Positions 37,756 through 50,635 of a stretch of DNA of 64,000 bases are shown here, one piece after another. Under the pieces are notes generated by a model, which did no database searches, was not told the DNA's origin, and was given only the letters and a program-made list of their open reading frames with translations. This DNA is from Octopus vulgaris (Eukaryota). Both the position numbers and the translations under genes were made by a program. The stretch spans positions 45,880,001 through 45,944,000 of the forward strand of contig OX597816.1 in assembly GCA_951406725.2 (NCBI GenBank). The letters run 5' to 3'. Position 1 is the first letter of the stretch. Each line of letters starts with the position of its first letter.

Positions 37756-39064
37756 CACACATATATATAGTCATGATAAAGAGCCAAATATGAAAATAAC
37801 TAACTAGGATGAATATTAGATGAACATAATACAAGTGAATTAATCTGAGGTGACATCACATGCCCATATGAATGAGGAAGAGGGTGGGAAAGGGTCACTA
37901 AAACATTTTCCCCCAGACTCTTGGATGAAGTAATAATATGGATAATTAACAAGGTTAAGTTAATGACAGATTCTAGAACAGCAAGTTTCACCCTCTTTTT
38001 TATATTTATATCAAGTACACTGAATATGGTACTAAAAGTATATAGCACTTTATTACTATTCTTACAAAAAAAAAGGGGGGGGGCGAGAAGGATGCATGCA
38101 TTATATTTTATCACAAAAGAACTTATACAAATGCACTGGTGTGGTACATTATAAAGACTCAAATTTCCTAAAACTTAATGGTATTTTCCAATTTGCCTCA
38201 AAAACTTGTGACATACACATATGGCACACAAGTATACTGTAGCACTATTGGAATGTCTACTCAGAAAATTTATTAGAACAACTTTTTTTGTGAAGAGTCA
38301 AGTTGTTGTCATGTGATTGTTTACAGATGCCACTGCTTAGCCCCAGGTCAACCCTGGCTTAGCAAACCTACTATCAACAAAGGCATTCCAACCATGACCA
38401 TTCTGTTATTTTTTTACTTACTATTTCTTTATATATCCAGGGCTAATTTTAATGCTTTTCACTTTCTTAGACAAGAGGCTGTATTTGAAGGAATCTGTCG
38501 ACTATTACTTCTAGGAAGTAACTGCCTGAAGGCTCCCCTCAATGGCTCACATGTGTGCATAAGGAGAGAGAGGGGGGGACATCTTTTGTGATGTGTGCAT
38601 AGGTATGTACGATCTCAATTAAAGTGTGTATGTGTTTGTGCATGTGGGAAAATATACATCAGAGGGAAAGGATGTGCAGAGGGAAAGGATGTGCAGAGGG
38701 AAGAATTTTGATTTGTTTTTATCTTTTAAGTATTCCCACCACAAAAGAAAATTTCTTTGAAATATTAAAAAAAAAATGAAATATTTATATCAACAATGAA
38801 TCTGCTAACACAAAAATTTGTTCCTCAGCAAATGTGAATAGCAGACAGCAGGAATAATGCATCCAATGTGCAAACAGATTACATCATTGCAGCAGTTGGA
38901 TTCCAGTTGCCAGGGTACCAGGGAATACCGACAACATGACTATTTATTGATACTAACTGAAAATGGTGAATAGAGACAGTGGTGGTGGTAGTAGTAGTAG
39001 TTGTAACAAGAATATTCTCAAAACTATGATGGTGATGATGATTTCTAACATGGTAACAAAGCTG

Positions 39065-39958
39065 AAAATATTGGTGGAGGGGGGATGGGGAGAGCATGCT
39101 ACAGTTGTTTTAATTGATGAATATGAATGACTAGTGCTTTCTTTCACTGACCCAGGAAGGTCAGAAGGAAAAGCTAACCCTGATGGGATTTGAACTCAGT
39201 GCATAAAATTAATAACAACAATAATAAATTATAATAATAATAATAATAATAAATAATCCTCTCTACTAAAGGCACAAGTACTGAAATTTTTGCAGGAAGG
39301 GACTAGCTGATTACATTGAACCCAGTGTTTCACTGGTACTTAATCTATCGATCCCAAAAAGATGAAAGGCAAAGTCAACCTCAGTGGAATTTGAACTCAG
39401 AACGTATGGACAAACAAAAACATTTTGCCTGGCGTGCCAACAATTCTGCCAGCTAGTAGTAGTAGTGGTGGTGGTGGTAGTGGTGGTGGTGGTGGTAGTA
39501 GTAGTAGTCCTTTTTTACTAAATGTGCAAGGACTGAAATTTTAAGGGAGGGGACTAGTTGATTATATTGACCCCAGTGTTTCACTAGTACTTAATCTATT
39601 GACCCCAAAAAGGATGAAAGTCAAAGTCAACCTAAGTAGAATTTGAACTGAGAATGTAAAGATGGAACTCAGAATGTAAGGACGCTAAGCTTTTCGCCTG
39701 GCATGCGAACGATTCTGCCAGCTCGCCACCTTAATAATAATAATCATAATAATCCTTTCTACTGAAGGCACAAGGACTGGGAGAGGACTAGTTGATTATA
39801 TGGACCCCAGTATTTCACTGGTACTTAATTTATTGACCCCAAAAGGATGAAAGGCAAAGTTGACCTTGGCAGAATTTGAACTCAGAACGGAGCAACAGGT
39901 GAAATACTGCTAAACATTTCATCTAGCATGCTACTGATTCTGTCAGCTCACTGTCTTA
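39065..39958 (-). mobile_element. Four tandem family B SINEs
   Basis: Units separated by (TAA)n and (TAG/TGG)n. Confidence 0.88.
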
Positions 39959-40048
39959 ATAATATTAATAATATTAATAATTATTAATAATAATTAATAA
40001 TATTAATAATTATTAATAATAATAATAATAATAATTAATAATAATAAA

Positions 40049-40266
40049 GATTCCTAACATTGCGCTACAACATGTAACCTTAGATGCCAAGAACCTTCTT
40101 AAGTATCCTAACTGTGCCTGATCATATCGTTCTCTGGAGCTGCCCCAAACCAGATTTTATGCCTATTTCCTCTATCCATCTGTTCAAATTTTTAGGGATA
40201 TTTCCTATTGCACCTGTAACTACAGGGATTAATTTTACCCGCACTTTCAATAGCCTCTCCAACAGT
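40049..40266 (-). mobile_element. 3' end of an R4/Dong-like RLE non-LTR retrotransposon
   Basis: Minus strand reads KVRVKLIPVVTGAIGNIPKNLNRWIEEIGIKSGLGQLQRTI*SGTVRILKKVLGI*, the typical C-terminus of restriction-like-endonuclease elements. It abuts a TAA-rich tract. Confidence 0.75.
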
Positions 40267-41577
40267 TAAATCTGTTGTGCGCATCACCATCATCATTATT
40301 ATCATTTAACGTCCATCATCTATGTATGCTTGGGTAGGATGGTTGACAGGAGCTGGCCAGGTAGAAAATGTACTCAAAGCTACTGTGTCTATTTTGGCAG
40401 GGATTTTATGGTTGGATGCCATTCCTAATACCAACCACTCTGCTGAGTGGACCCAGTGCTTTTTACATGACACTAGCACAGGTGAACTTAGTTTTGGCAA
40501 GATTTTTACAGGTGGATGCCCTTCCAGATGCCAACCATATTTCAGTGTGGACTGGATGCTTTTAACATGTCACCAGCACTAACTCATAAGAGTGTATGAA
40601 GTGCATTTTACCATAGCACCAACACTAGAGAGGTTGTCATGTTTTCAACTGGACAGGCAAGACTGAATAATTGTCTTGACCCTATGTTTTCTCTACTTAT
40701 CAGCTAATTTACAGAATGCACTGGTGCATTTTACGGTTATACCCATATTAATGAGGTTGCCTTGTACCCTTAAAAATGGGATCTTACTATATTATGTTCA
40801 TTGGGAGCAAAAGAACCAACAGAAAAGATGAAATTTAGAGATGATGAACTAAATACAAAGTGAGAAAGAAACTATAAGATGGGATAGAACATAAAGTGAT
40901 AAAAGTGACAATGTGGAAGAGGCATTGAATTCCACTTTGCCTTTCATCCTTTTGGGGTCAAGAGATTAAGTACCAGTGAAACACTGGGGTCAATGTAATC
41001 AACTAGTCCCCTCCTCTAAAATTTCAGTACTTGTGCCTTTAATAGAAAGGATTATTATTAGTATTATTATTGTTGTTGTTATTAATTTTATGCACTGAGT
41101 TCCTATCTCACCAGGGTTAGCTTTTCCTTTTGACCTTCCTGGGTCAGTGAAACAAAACACCAGTCATTCAAATTCACCATTTAAAACAATTGTAGCATGC
41201 TCTCCCTTTCCCCACCTCCACCAAAATGAAGAGATAATAAGTATAATTTCTTTTATTTGCTACAATGTCCACAGATGGAGGCAAAGGAAACATTTACAAG
41301 GATAAATTACGAAAAGTGATAGGTGGGGTTACCATAGAGTGTTATATGGAATGATGATGAAGATAACAACTGACATGAGCTCAAATTTTGGGGGAAGAAA
41401 ACAGGTAAATTAAATCAAACCTCAGTACTTGACTGGTACTTATTTTATCAACTGCCCTCCATAAGGATGGTTAGCAAAGTTAACTAAAACTGGAATCATG
41501 AATAAAGTGAGGGGAGGAAAAAATTAGCTCAAGGCTAATATTAAATTCATCTGGTCTTTATCCAACACAATAATAAT

Positions 41578-41619
41578 TCTGGACATGCTTCAGTCTTATT
41601 AGACCTCACCAGCAAAGAG
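41578..41619 (-). other. Degenerate type-I hammerhead ribozyme-like motif
   Basis: Minus strand: tttg-CTGGTGA-ggtc taataa gact-GAAG-catGTC-caga. Confidence 0.5.
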
Positions 41620-41676
41620 TAGTGTTTGATTAATTTCTAAATTACATAGCCATACATACACCTATGTTTAACTTGG

Positions 41677-41851
41677 CCTTTAGCATTCAGATTATTTTGT
41701 CAAATGAAATTCTTATTTATTCACATTCTTTTGAATTAATCATGCATTATCTTGTAGCTTCGAGAATCCAATAATATGACTGTTTATGTTTAGAATGACA
41801 TTGTACAGTAGGTGTGAGAGGCCAGACGTGGCCAGTTTAAATGTCTATGGG
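41677..41851 (-). mobile_element. MITE E with internal deletion
   Basis: cctttagcattcagatta…atggg followed by TTAA. Confidence 0.8.
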
Positions 41852-42308
41852 TTAAAACTCTAAGTAAATTTCTGTTTACTTTTGAAGTAAAGAAATACAT
41901 TATCTCTCCTACTTCTCCCACATTAGGTTCACACAAATCTAGTTTAATATCTCATTGCCTGTTATTGTTTACCCTTTAAACAATTTCTCCATCAGTGTAT
42001 TCTTGGCCAATTTAAGGTGCTCATATTTCCTACACATATAACATTTCCCACGGTTACATCTTAAACTGACAGCTGTTTTCATTCAACAGGTCACTGAATG
42101 CCCTCTCCTCTTCCACATTGTCACTTTTATCACTTCGTTCTCCATCTCCTCGTATTACAGCTTCTTTCTCGCTTTCTATTTAGTTCATCATCTCCAAATA
42201 TCATCTCTTCCGTTGGTTCTTTTGCCCCCAATGAACATAACATAGTATGGTCCCATTTTTTTGAGGGTACAAGGCAACCTCATTAATATGGGTATTAATC
42301 AAACACTA

Positions 42309-42350
42309 CTCTTTGCTGGTGAGGTCTAATAAGGCTGAAGCATGTCCAGA
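42309..42350 (+). other. Degenerate type-I hammerhead ribozyme-like motif (second copy)
   Basis: tttg-CTGGTGA-ggtc taataa ggct-GAAG-catGTC-caga. Confidence 0.5.
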
Positions 42351-43118
42351 ATTATTATTGTGTGGGATAAAATGTACCAGTAAACTCTGTCTTGACCCTA
42401 TGTTTTCTCCATTTGTTTATCAACTAATTTACAATCATTCACTCATGTCTGTCCAGTTGAAAATGTGACAAACCTCTCTTGTACTAATGCTATGATAAAA
42501 TGCACCTCATACACTCTGCAAAGTAGCCGGTATTGGGAAGGATATGTAGTTATAGAAACCATACCAAAACAAAACATGGCCCCTGGCCAATCTAGTAGGG
42601 CTGTAATTCTGACTGAGAGCTAACTTAGATTGTGGCGACTCAGCCAACATAAACCAATATGGAAAGCAGGTATAAAATATGAATACAGGTATTAAATGAG
42701 AGAATATGACTGTCACAGAGCCTCATTTTATATATGTTTTAGTTAAGCCATTTTTGTGGCTATATTTCTTATATACTTCCTCTATATTTTTAAGTGATTA
42801 TTTTTCAAAATAATCCAGATTTTGAAAAAGTTTAGTAAAACCACAATAAAAGTAAAAATTATATTAGAACACCATATTAAGCTGCTGTTTGAAATATAAT
42901 TCATTCATTCTTATGTAAAACTATAATGGAGTTTCTAATTGCAAAAATTTCCTACTATCAGTGATGTAATTTTAGCACTTTGCACATGGGTAGTTCTGGG
43001 GTGGGTGACTGGATTTATAAGATGGGATTAAAAGTGATTAAAAGATGGGTTAGTAACGAAAGGTTAAATCTAAATATTTGCTTCGTTGGTTAATTTTCAT
43101 CTTTATATTCAATATATC

Positions 43119-43817
43119 TAAGTAACCCATGGCCTTCTACTTGGGATGGAGCCAGCCTACGTATGCATACCTTCCCTTCTTGGGACACAAAACTCTACTT
43201 GTGAAGACCTGTTGAGGCAAGTGAGGATCAGAATCGAAATCGATCAATGGAAATTGCAGATGTGTTACCAGTGCCGGTGGCATGTCGATACTCTACTTGT
43301 GAAGACCCGTTGAGGCAAGTGAGGATCAGAAATGGAAATCGATCAATGGAAATTGCAGATGTGTTACCAGTGCCGGTGGCATGTCGAAACTCTACTTGTG
43401 AAGACCCATTGAGGCAAGTGAGGATCAGAATGGAAATCGATCAATGGAAATTGCAGATGTGTTACCAGTGCCGGTGGCATGTAAGTGAACCTTCCGTTTC
43501 GCGACCGTTGCCAGCACCGCCCCGTTTCGTGTCCGTTGCCAGCCTCGCCTGGCCCTTGTGCCGGTGGCACATAAAAAGCACCATCCGTTCGTGGCCGTTT
43601 GCCAGCTCTGTCTGGCACCTGTGCGGGTGGCACGTAAAAAGCACCCACTACACTCACGGAGTGGTTGGCGTTAGGAAGGGCATCCAGCCGTAGAAACACT
43701 GCCAGATTTGACTGGGCCTGATGAAGCCTTCTGGCTTCACAGACCCCAGTAGAACCGTCCAACCCATGCTAGCATGGAAAACGGACGCTAAACGATGATG
43801 ATGATGATGATGATGAT
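43119..43817 (+). mobile_element. RTE LINE 3' UTR with three ~98-bp tandem repeats (43192-43483)
   Basis: actctacttgtgaagacc at 43192, 43290 and 43389. Terminus ccatgctagcatggaaaacggacgctaaac(gat)n. Confidence 0.9.
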
Positions 43818-45748
43818 CATGCTCGTTATTCTGTTAGTTCATTGGATTTAGTTAATGAACCAACTCCAATATTGAACCATCTTCCTTCAAATGAGAAATC
43901 CATTTCATAAAGAAAAAAGGGGAAAAAAATAACAAGTCAGAATTAATCTTTACCACATTCTTTTATTAGTAGGAGTTTGAATGACTACGTAGGGGGATCT
44001 TTCATTGGTTCACAGCAGGTGAAGCAGATCTTATGATCAGATACAATTCAGTAGTAACCATACATTGACTTTTTTAATATCAAGACAACATGATATGCTT
44101 TCCTTCATTTTTGATGAGGTGTGCTTAAGGAAATATGGCAGCTATCTCTAGCAAATTGTTGTTGCTTAGCTCCGGGTTTGCCCCGTCTGGAATAAAACCA
44201 TGAACAAAGCACACCAACTATAACCATCCCATCTTGTTGTATATTAGTAACTACATAAATTGTATATCAGGATATTACAAAGTGTACTGTATTCCAGTAA
44301 AAGCAAAAGGGTTTATTGAGGGAACGTGCTTGCCATCTCCAAGTATGTGAAGCATCTCTACAGAGGCCTTCTCATTGGTATGCATGATTTTTTGTTGTTG
44401 TTATGATAGGTTATTGTTGTTGTGATAATTCTACCCTGATCAAGTAGACCAATTATCAAAGGCACTAATGCCAACCAGCTTGTTGTTTCTCAATCCTACA
44501 AATCCTTTTAAAAAAAAGGAAGGACCATTAAGTGAGATATTAAAGATTATTTGGCATTTTACTAACAAGTCAGATAATCATGTAGAAATTCCCTATCTTT
44601 TCATTTGTGCTGTTGTTTAGTCCCAGGTAAATCTTTATTGAATAAATCCATGATCAAAAGCATTCAAACTGTGACTACTCCCATCATTTGTTTCAAACAG
44701 ACTATATGTATGTCCTTCCTTCTCTGTTTCAAGATGTTTGGGTGTGAATGAAGGAGATTTAGCTATTTCCTCCAAGAAAGCCAAACAACTGTATTGAGCA
44801 TCCTTTCTAGTTCATGAGGTTAAATTTTGTCTTCATATGTAATCATTCATCCACTAGGAATCAATAAAATAAACATTACTATTCCTGCTAAGGTTAAAGT
44901 TGATCTGGGTTCAAGAGGAGATTTTAGACCTAATTCCTAATTCAAGTTTCCATAGTACGAATCAGATAAGAGTGGTTATATCTAATCAAAGGGATGAAAA
45001 TTTAAAGACAGGTAAATTTTCCAGACCATTTTGTCATCTACTCCTGACAGCTGGCTGATTTATCTTCATTGGGTGACTGGTTCTTTGGCTTTTGCATAAG
45101 AATTTGAAAAACCTTCATGAAACATAGCAGAAATTCTTGCAAAATTGCTAGCCTGTAACACCTCAAAACCAGTTTTCATACAACACAAGGAACTCACAGC
45201 CTTCTTGCAATATCATGCAAAAGTCACAACCTTCTTGCACTAAGACTGTTTTACAAGCCTTCACACTGCAACATAACCATTCTTCCAACATTATGATGTA
45301 ATGATCCCAGTCATCTTACAACACAAAACAATGGTCCCGCCGTTCTTGCAACACAAATCAATGGTCTCGCTCTTCTCGAAAAAATGCATTATGTTGATCT
45401 CATAAATTAAGTATAAGCGTAAATCCTAACAACTATTTCACACTTGCTCAACAACTAGCGTGTTTGTCTCCTCGTAAACAAAATCTGCCACCACTAAGTC
45501 CCCCACCCCCACTCCACCTTTCTCACCCTCTAGATAAGAAGTGTGTCACTACAGGTCACACTGGCAGATTCCAGAGTTTTAATTTACATCTCAATACCAG
45601 TCCTGTGTTGTGTGATGTGAGTAACTTACTAAAATAATCTGCTTAATTTGCTTGATAACAAAGCCAGAGAAAGGGGGGGGAGAAGGGAAGGGGAAGAGAG
45701 AGAGAGATGGAAAAAGAGCATTAAACTAAGCTGGTGACAGTTTATAGG

Positions 45749-46075
45749 GAGTGATGATATCATTAGCTTACACTGAGTGGTGATATCTGTTTACAGTAAG
45801 TGGTGATCTTTACCTTACACTGAGTGGTGATATCATTAGCTTACATTTGAGTGGTGATATCCTTAGTTTACAATGAGCATTGATGTCATGAGTTTACAAT
45901 GAGTATCAATATCATGAGTTTACAATGGATGCAAATATCTTTAGTTTACACTGAGTGGTGATATCCTTAATTTACAATGAATAGTAGTAGTATTTTTAGT
46001 GATATCAGTTTGCACTGAGTGGTGATTTCATTAGTTTCAGTGATAGTAATTTCAATTTGCAGTGAATGGTGATAT
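45749..46075. repeat. Degenerate ~26-bp minisatellite
   Basis: Variants of gagtggtgatatcattagtttacact, about a dozen units. Confidence 0.85.
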
Positions 46076-46529
46076 TGGGTTATGGTTTGTTATATCATCA
46101 TCATCATCATCATCATCATTATCGTTTAACGTCCGCTTTCCATGCTAGCATGGGTTAGTTGTAGTTCTAAGTACAGCAAAGGATATAAAAGAAGGAAAAG
46201 CAACAGGGCAATAAATTGTTGGGCATGTGCTAGTCATTCACATGGACAATCATGTAGTTCAAAGTGACACCTAAATAACTGACATATTATCATCAACATA
46301 AGCAAAGACAATGATCTGGAAAGAAGCAACTATGAAGGTATCAAACTGATGGCCCCCAAGTTATGAAAGCAACAAAAAGAGCATAGGAAGAGAACTGACA
46401 TATGATATCGGTTTTCAGGTTTACCACTGATGCTTTATTCTTGGTAAGTTAACTACAAGTTCTTAACTAAGACTATGTCACAAAATCTACCTTTCTGACC
46501 AGAAAACTGCCTCTGTCCAGGTAACATAC

Positions 46530-47340
46530 ACTGTTGTACTGCAGGTAATAAGGAAACTAGGCATAGATGAATGGTTTGTGGGAGTAAGGCAAGCCATGAT
46601 GAGATGCTGTCAGCAAGATGAAAATCAGATAAGGCGTTTGTCCATCAAAGCCTAAATATCAGCCCCCTCCTGTTTATTATAATTCTCCAGGCCATAACAG
46701 TAGAGTTTAAGACCGGTTATCCACGAGAACTCCTATACACCAATAACATAGTTTTAGTAGCCAAAGCTGTTGAAGTATTAGAAAAGAAATTTCAAACATG
46801 GAAGCAAAATCTTCAATCAGGAATCCTCAAAGTAAATCTAGCAAAGGCAAACATTTTAGCAAGAGAAGAGTATTTCTTTACTGCCCACAAGGGGCTAAAC
46901 ATAGAGGGGACAAACAAGGACAGATGAAGGGATTGAGTCGATTATATCACCCCCAGTGCGAAACTGGTACTTTATTTATCGACCCCGAAAGGATGAAAGG
47001 CAAAATCAACCTCGGCGGAATTTGAACTCAGAACGTAACGACAGATGAAATACCGCTAAGCATTTCACCCGGCGTGCTAACGTGTCTGCCAGCTCAGGAT
47101 CCTACTGCCACTAGGGGATATGACCATTTGCAAGAAAACAAGTAGTCCTGAGCTCTGTACTGTATACCAAAAGCAATTTATGATTTCGTAAGTGATGCAG
47201 TGGGATCATAGACAGACTATCAGAAAAAAAAGACTTAGCATGCAACAGATACACAAAAAGTTAGCAGTAAGAGCACTCAAAGAAAACAATTCTTTCAAAT
47301 GCTCAGAAGGCTCCCTAGAAGTGGTCAATAGTTTCCTCTC
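46530..47340 (+). mobile_element. Old RTE LINE RT remnant interrupted by a family B SINE
   Basis: Fragments KLGIDEWFV, SPLLFIIILQAITVEFKTGYPRELLY, KVNLAK and LEVVNSF parallel the 24-26 kb element. Confidence 0.82.
46870..47094 (-). mobile_element. Young family B SINE with an alternative 3' tail
   Basis: CpG-rich B head and body. Tail …tgtttagccccttgtgggcagtaaagaaata replaces …gtgcctttagtagaaaggatt. Confidence 0.85.
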
Positions 47341-49717
47341 CCCAACACAGATAACACTATCCTTCATTCTTTCTTTATCTTCCAAAGTTATGCAACATCT
47401 ACATACAACCTGGATACCATATGCCTATCCAACACCAATTCCATTAACAGAGTCTTTGAAATGGGAATATGCTAATCTTCTCTCAACAACAAGAAAACAC
47501 AAATGCTACATAAATCAAGAAAACATCATTACACTACACGAGTTGAACCCTCATGAATATTAGGCCTCACTATCACTGAGGATCTCACCTGGTGAAGGCA
47601 CATCTTTAACATCGCTAGGGTCACATCCCAACAACTGGCTCTTCTCTTCAGAGCCAAAAGATACTTCAATCCTGAATAATTAATGACTATACTACAAAGC
47701 TTGGGTGAGCTCTCACATTTGAATCAGTGCTACTACTGCACATAGACATCAAACTGTGCATCCAAATAAAGGATCAACCACAAAACTTGCATAAAGTCCC
47801 TCACAGATATTGGCTCCAACCCCTGGTTCATAAGCATACTGTCTCCTCTCTTTATCTTCTCTACAACTGGTATTGAGTCCTCTGCTCTTCAGGGCTGCCT
47901 TAGACATATCTAACAAATTTGACCTTCCTCTTCTCATCAACCTAATGCTCAACCATTCTTAGGCCCTGCACTAATCACTCCACCCAATCCATCTCTCCAG
48001 GAACATAGGCCCTTGGAACTCTCTCTCTCTCTCTCTCTGCACTCATGCATTTCCTCCAGATGTTGGCTTGCAATGGTTGAAGGGAAACATTAATGGCACC
48101 AATTTCACTGGCTTCGGAGGACTTGTGAAGACCAGAGGTACTGACCTTTCCAACAGACACAGTAAGTAAAAACATGATGTATATGAAAGAAGAGAGGTGA
48201 GTTTTAAAAAAATGCTTTGCAATCCAAGGTGAAAAAACTGTAGAAGAGGAAAATCAAGAAAAACCTAAGAAATAGTGAAATCTATTCTAAGACACATGGC
48301 CTCGTGATCATGTATTGCAACAAGTGGTGAGATCCACAGCTGAATCCTTCAAATCAATCAAAACAAGGAAAAAAAAGTATGATTATAATGATTGAAATAT
48401 GTACAAAAGAAGGAAAGGGAAATGGAGAATGTGGAACTTTCACCATTATTAGTTTAACAATTTGTTTTCTTTCCCATGCTAAAACTTCTGCATGTGGTGG
48501 TTCTTAGTTTTTTTTTGTTTTTTCTTTTACATAATAAAGAATCAATGATTTTTAACATAGACAAAGAGCTATATATTTAATAGGGAGAGAGAAGATGAGC
48601 TGATTTACACTGGCCCCTAGCACTCAAATAGTGTAATATTTCATCAACACCCAGCCATATAAACCACAGTTTGTAGAAAAAAAAGTAAAAGGCATCACTG
48701 GGCCTGGCAAGATTTTAATGCAGAAATTAATGAAGTACAAAAGGAAAAGAGAGGGGGCAGTTAAATTAAGGCAATTTTTCCAAATTCCCTGCCATGTGTT
48801 ATATTTAGAACAAACTATTGGATACTGCAGTCCTAGATACACTTTGCCAAAGGAATAAAAGGATTATACAGTCATAACTGGAACATTTCTGATCATATAG
48901 ATCTGCTCTTAGAGTGCTAACATAATGCAAAATAACATCAACAACAGCAGCACTTTTATGAACCAAAGATCTTAAGGTGGCTACTCAACCTGCTAAAAAT
49001 AGCATCCCTGTCTTCTTCAAATCACTCCTACAGCTTGTTTATTAAGAGAGAGAGAAAGAGAAAATGAGGTTGTCATTTCTGAAGCACTCTTTATTCATAG
49101 GTCTGCTCTAATGGAGCTGACACAGGGCTAAACAGCACAGCAACAATAACAAAGTAAGTAAACCAAGCTGGTAGCAGATGTCACATTAGTAGGAAAAAAA
49201 AAAGTTTAAGTGAGTTCCAATGGAGAGAGAGAAAAATTAACATCAACAGTGATTTCCAAAACTGCGATGTGTCTGTCCTTCACCTTCCTGTTTTGTTCAC
49301 GGGGGGGGGGGAGATTAATTATTGGTTCTGTTCTACTTCAGATTCTTTTTTTTTTTTGCTTTATTTTGTTTACTGACATTCCCCCTCTCACCCCACCAAA
49401 AACAACTGAGAAATTTCAATACATATTACTCTATCAACATCCATCAATTCTAACAGTCAGTCAGTCTCTCTCTTTCTTTCTCTATCTCTCCTTCTAGTCT
49501 TGGGTTGATCACCCATATATACATATGTAACATGTCTTTATATCTTCATCAGTTTCAGACAACTAGATTTACTGTAATTCTATCATATACATAAACATAC
49601 ACACACACACAGCTATTTATGTCAGTTAAACACACCCTCTCTTTCACACATACACATATTGTCATGTACATACATATGGCCTAATTATCTCATGCACACA
49701 CACACATACACAGATTG

Positions 49718-49756
<39 letters not shown>

Positions 49757-49804
49757 ACATCTAGGGCACTGTCTTAATATAGAAACACAAGCATGTGAAT
49801 CAAA

Positions 49805-49985
49805 GGAAACTCTACATGATTACTCAATCTGCTAGAAATAACACCCAAATCTTAATCACACTCTACCTCCATGAGGACACATTGGATAACGAAGTCACAG
49901 ACACACATAGAAGACAGGATGGTTATAGGGGAAATGCCTTAGATCATAGCCTGCTCAATCACAGCTGACCTGGGGCTAAACAAAG
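49805..49985 (-). mobile_element. Old interspersed repeat, family H (representative copy)
   Basis: Motifs ctgctagaaata.cagccaaatct and gctgacctggggctaaacaa recur at about 9160, 19900, 22610, 38335, 44610, 48970 and 62880. Confidence 0.65.
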
Positions 49986-50356
49986 ACAACATACAGAACT
50001 ATATATGCACAAACATGCATATACACAAATTCTGTTATACACTAATTCCATTTCATGTACACACACACACACATGCAGACACATCACTTGTTTTCCTTTT
50101 TACCCTCCCTTCTTCTTCTCTCATGTACATACAGATGAAAACTTCTCCCTTGCTATCTTTCAATTCTGGCAGATGACAGAGCAAGTACCAATCGAGACAG
50201 AACATCCAAACCAATAATAACAACAATAACAATAATAAACAATTCCAATAATGCAAAACAAAACAAAAAAGATTAAAAAAATAAAACAAAAACAGATGGA
50301 ATCAATCAATTTGGTCAAAGAAATGATGCCAAAGCCGATGCCATTAATATACTGAC

Positions 50357-50595
50357 CTGGACCAACATGACTAGATTTTCTTCACACAGTAAAAAAGCTC
50401 CCCACGCTGTCGTAGAAGAGACACACACATATACAGAGAAATATCACACAGAAGATGAGAGAAAAAGAGTAACAGAAAAATCCCCGGCAGAGGAAAGATT
50501 CCTACCAAACTGGTTGTCATGGTATCCAAAAGCAGTGGTAGTAGGAAAAATTTCTGCTAGAAGAACGAACAAGAACACGTGAATGTAGATGAAAA

Positions 50596-50600
<5 letters not shown>
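50357..50600 (-). CDS. Candidate first exon (5' UTR plus Met-Leu-Val-Gln) of a minus-strand host gene
   Basis: ATG TTG GTC CAG|gtcagt at 50368-50351 in non-repeat sequence downstream of a (CT)n tract. The 5' boundary is unknown. Confidence 0.3.

Positions 50601-50635
<35 letters not shown>

Noticed and set aside
43247-43693. 148-aa ORF and overlapping ORFs, also those at 24104-24955
   Set aside because: These are GC-rich LINE 3' UTR tandem repeats, open in several frames.
45749-46075. CRISPR-like periodicity
   Set aside because: Units are contiguous and degenerate with no unique spacers. There are no cas genes and the context is eukaryotic.
47340-48170. Possible LINE remnant or host exon, also 480-1070
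   Set aside because: No recognisable motifs could be recovered by eye.
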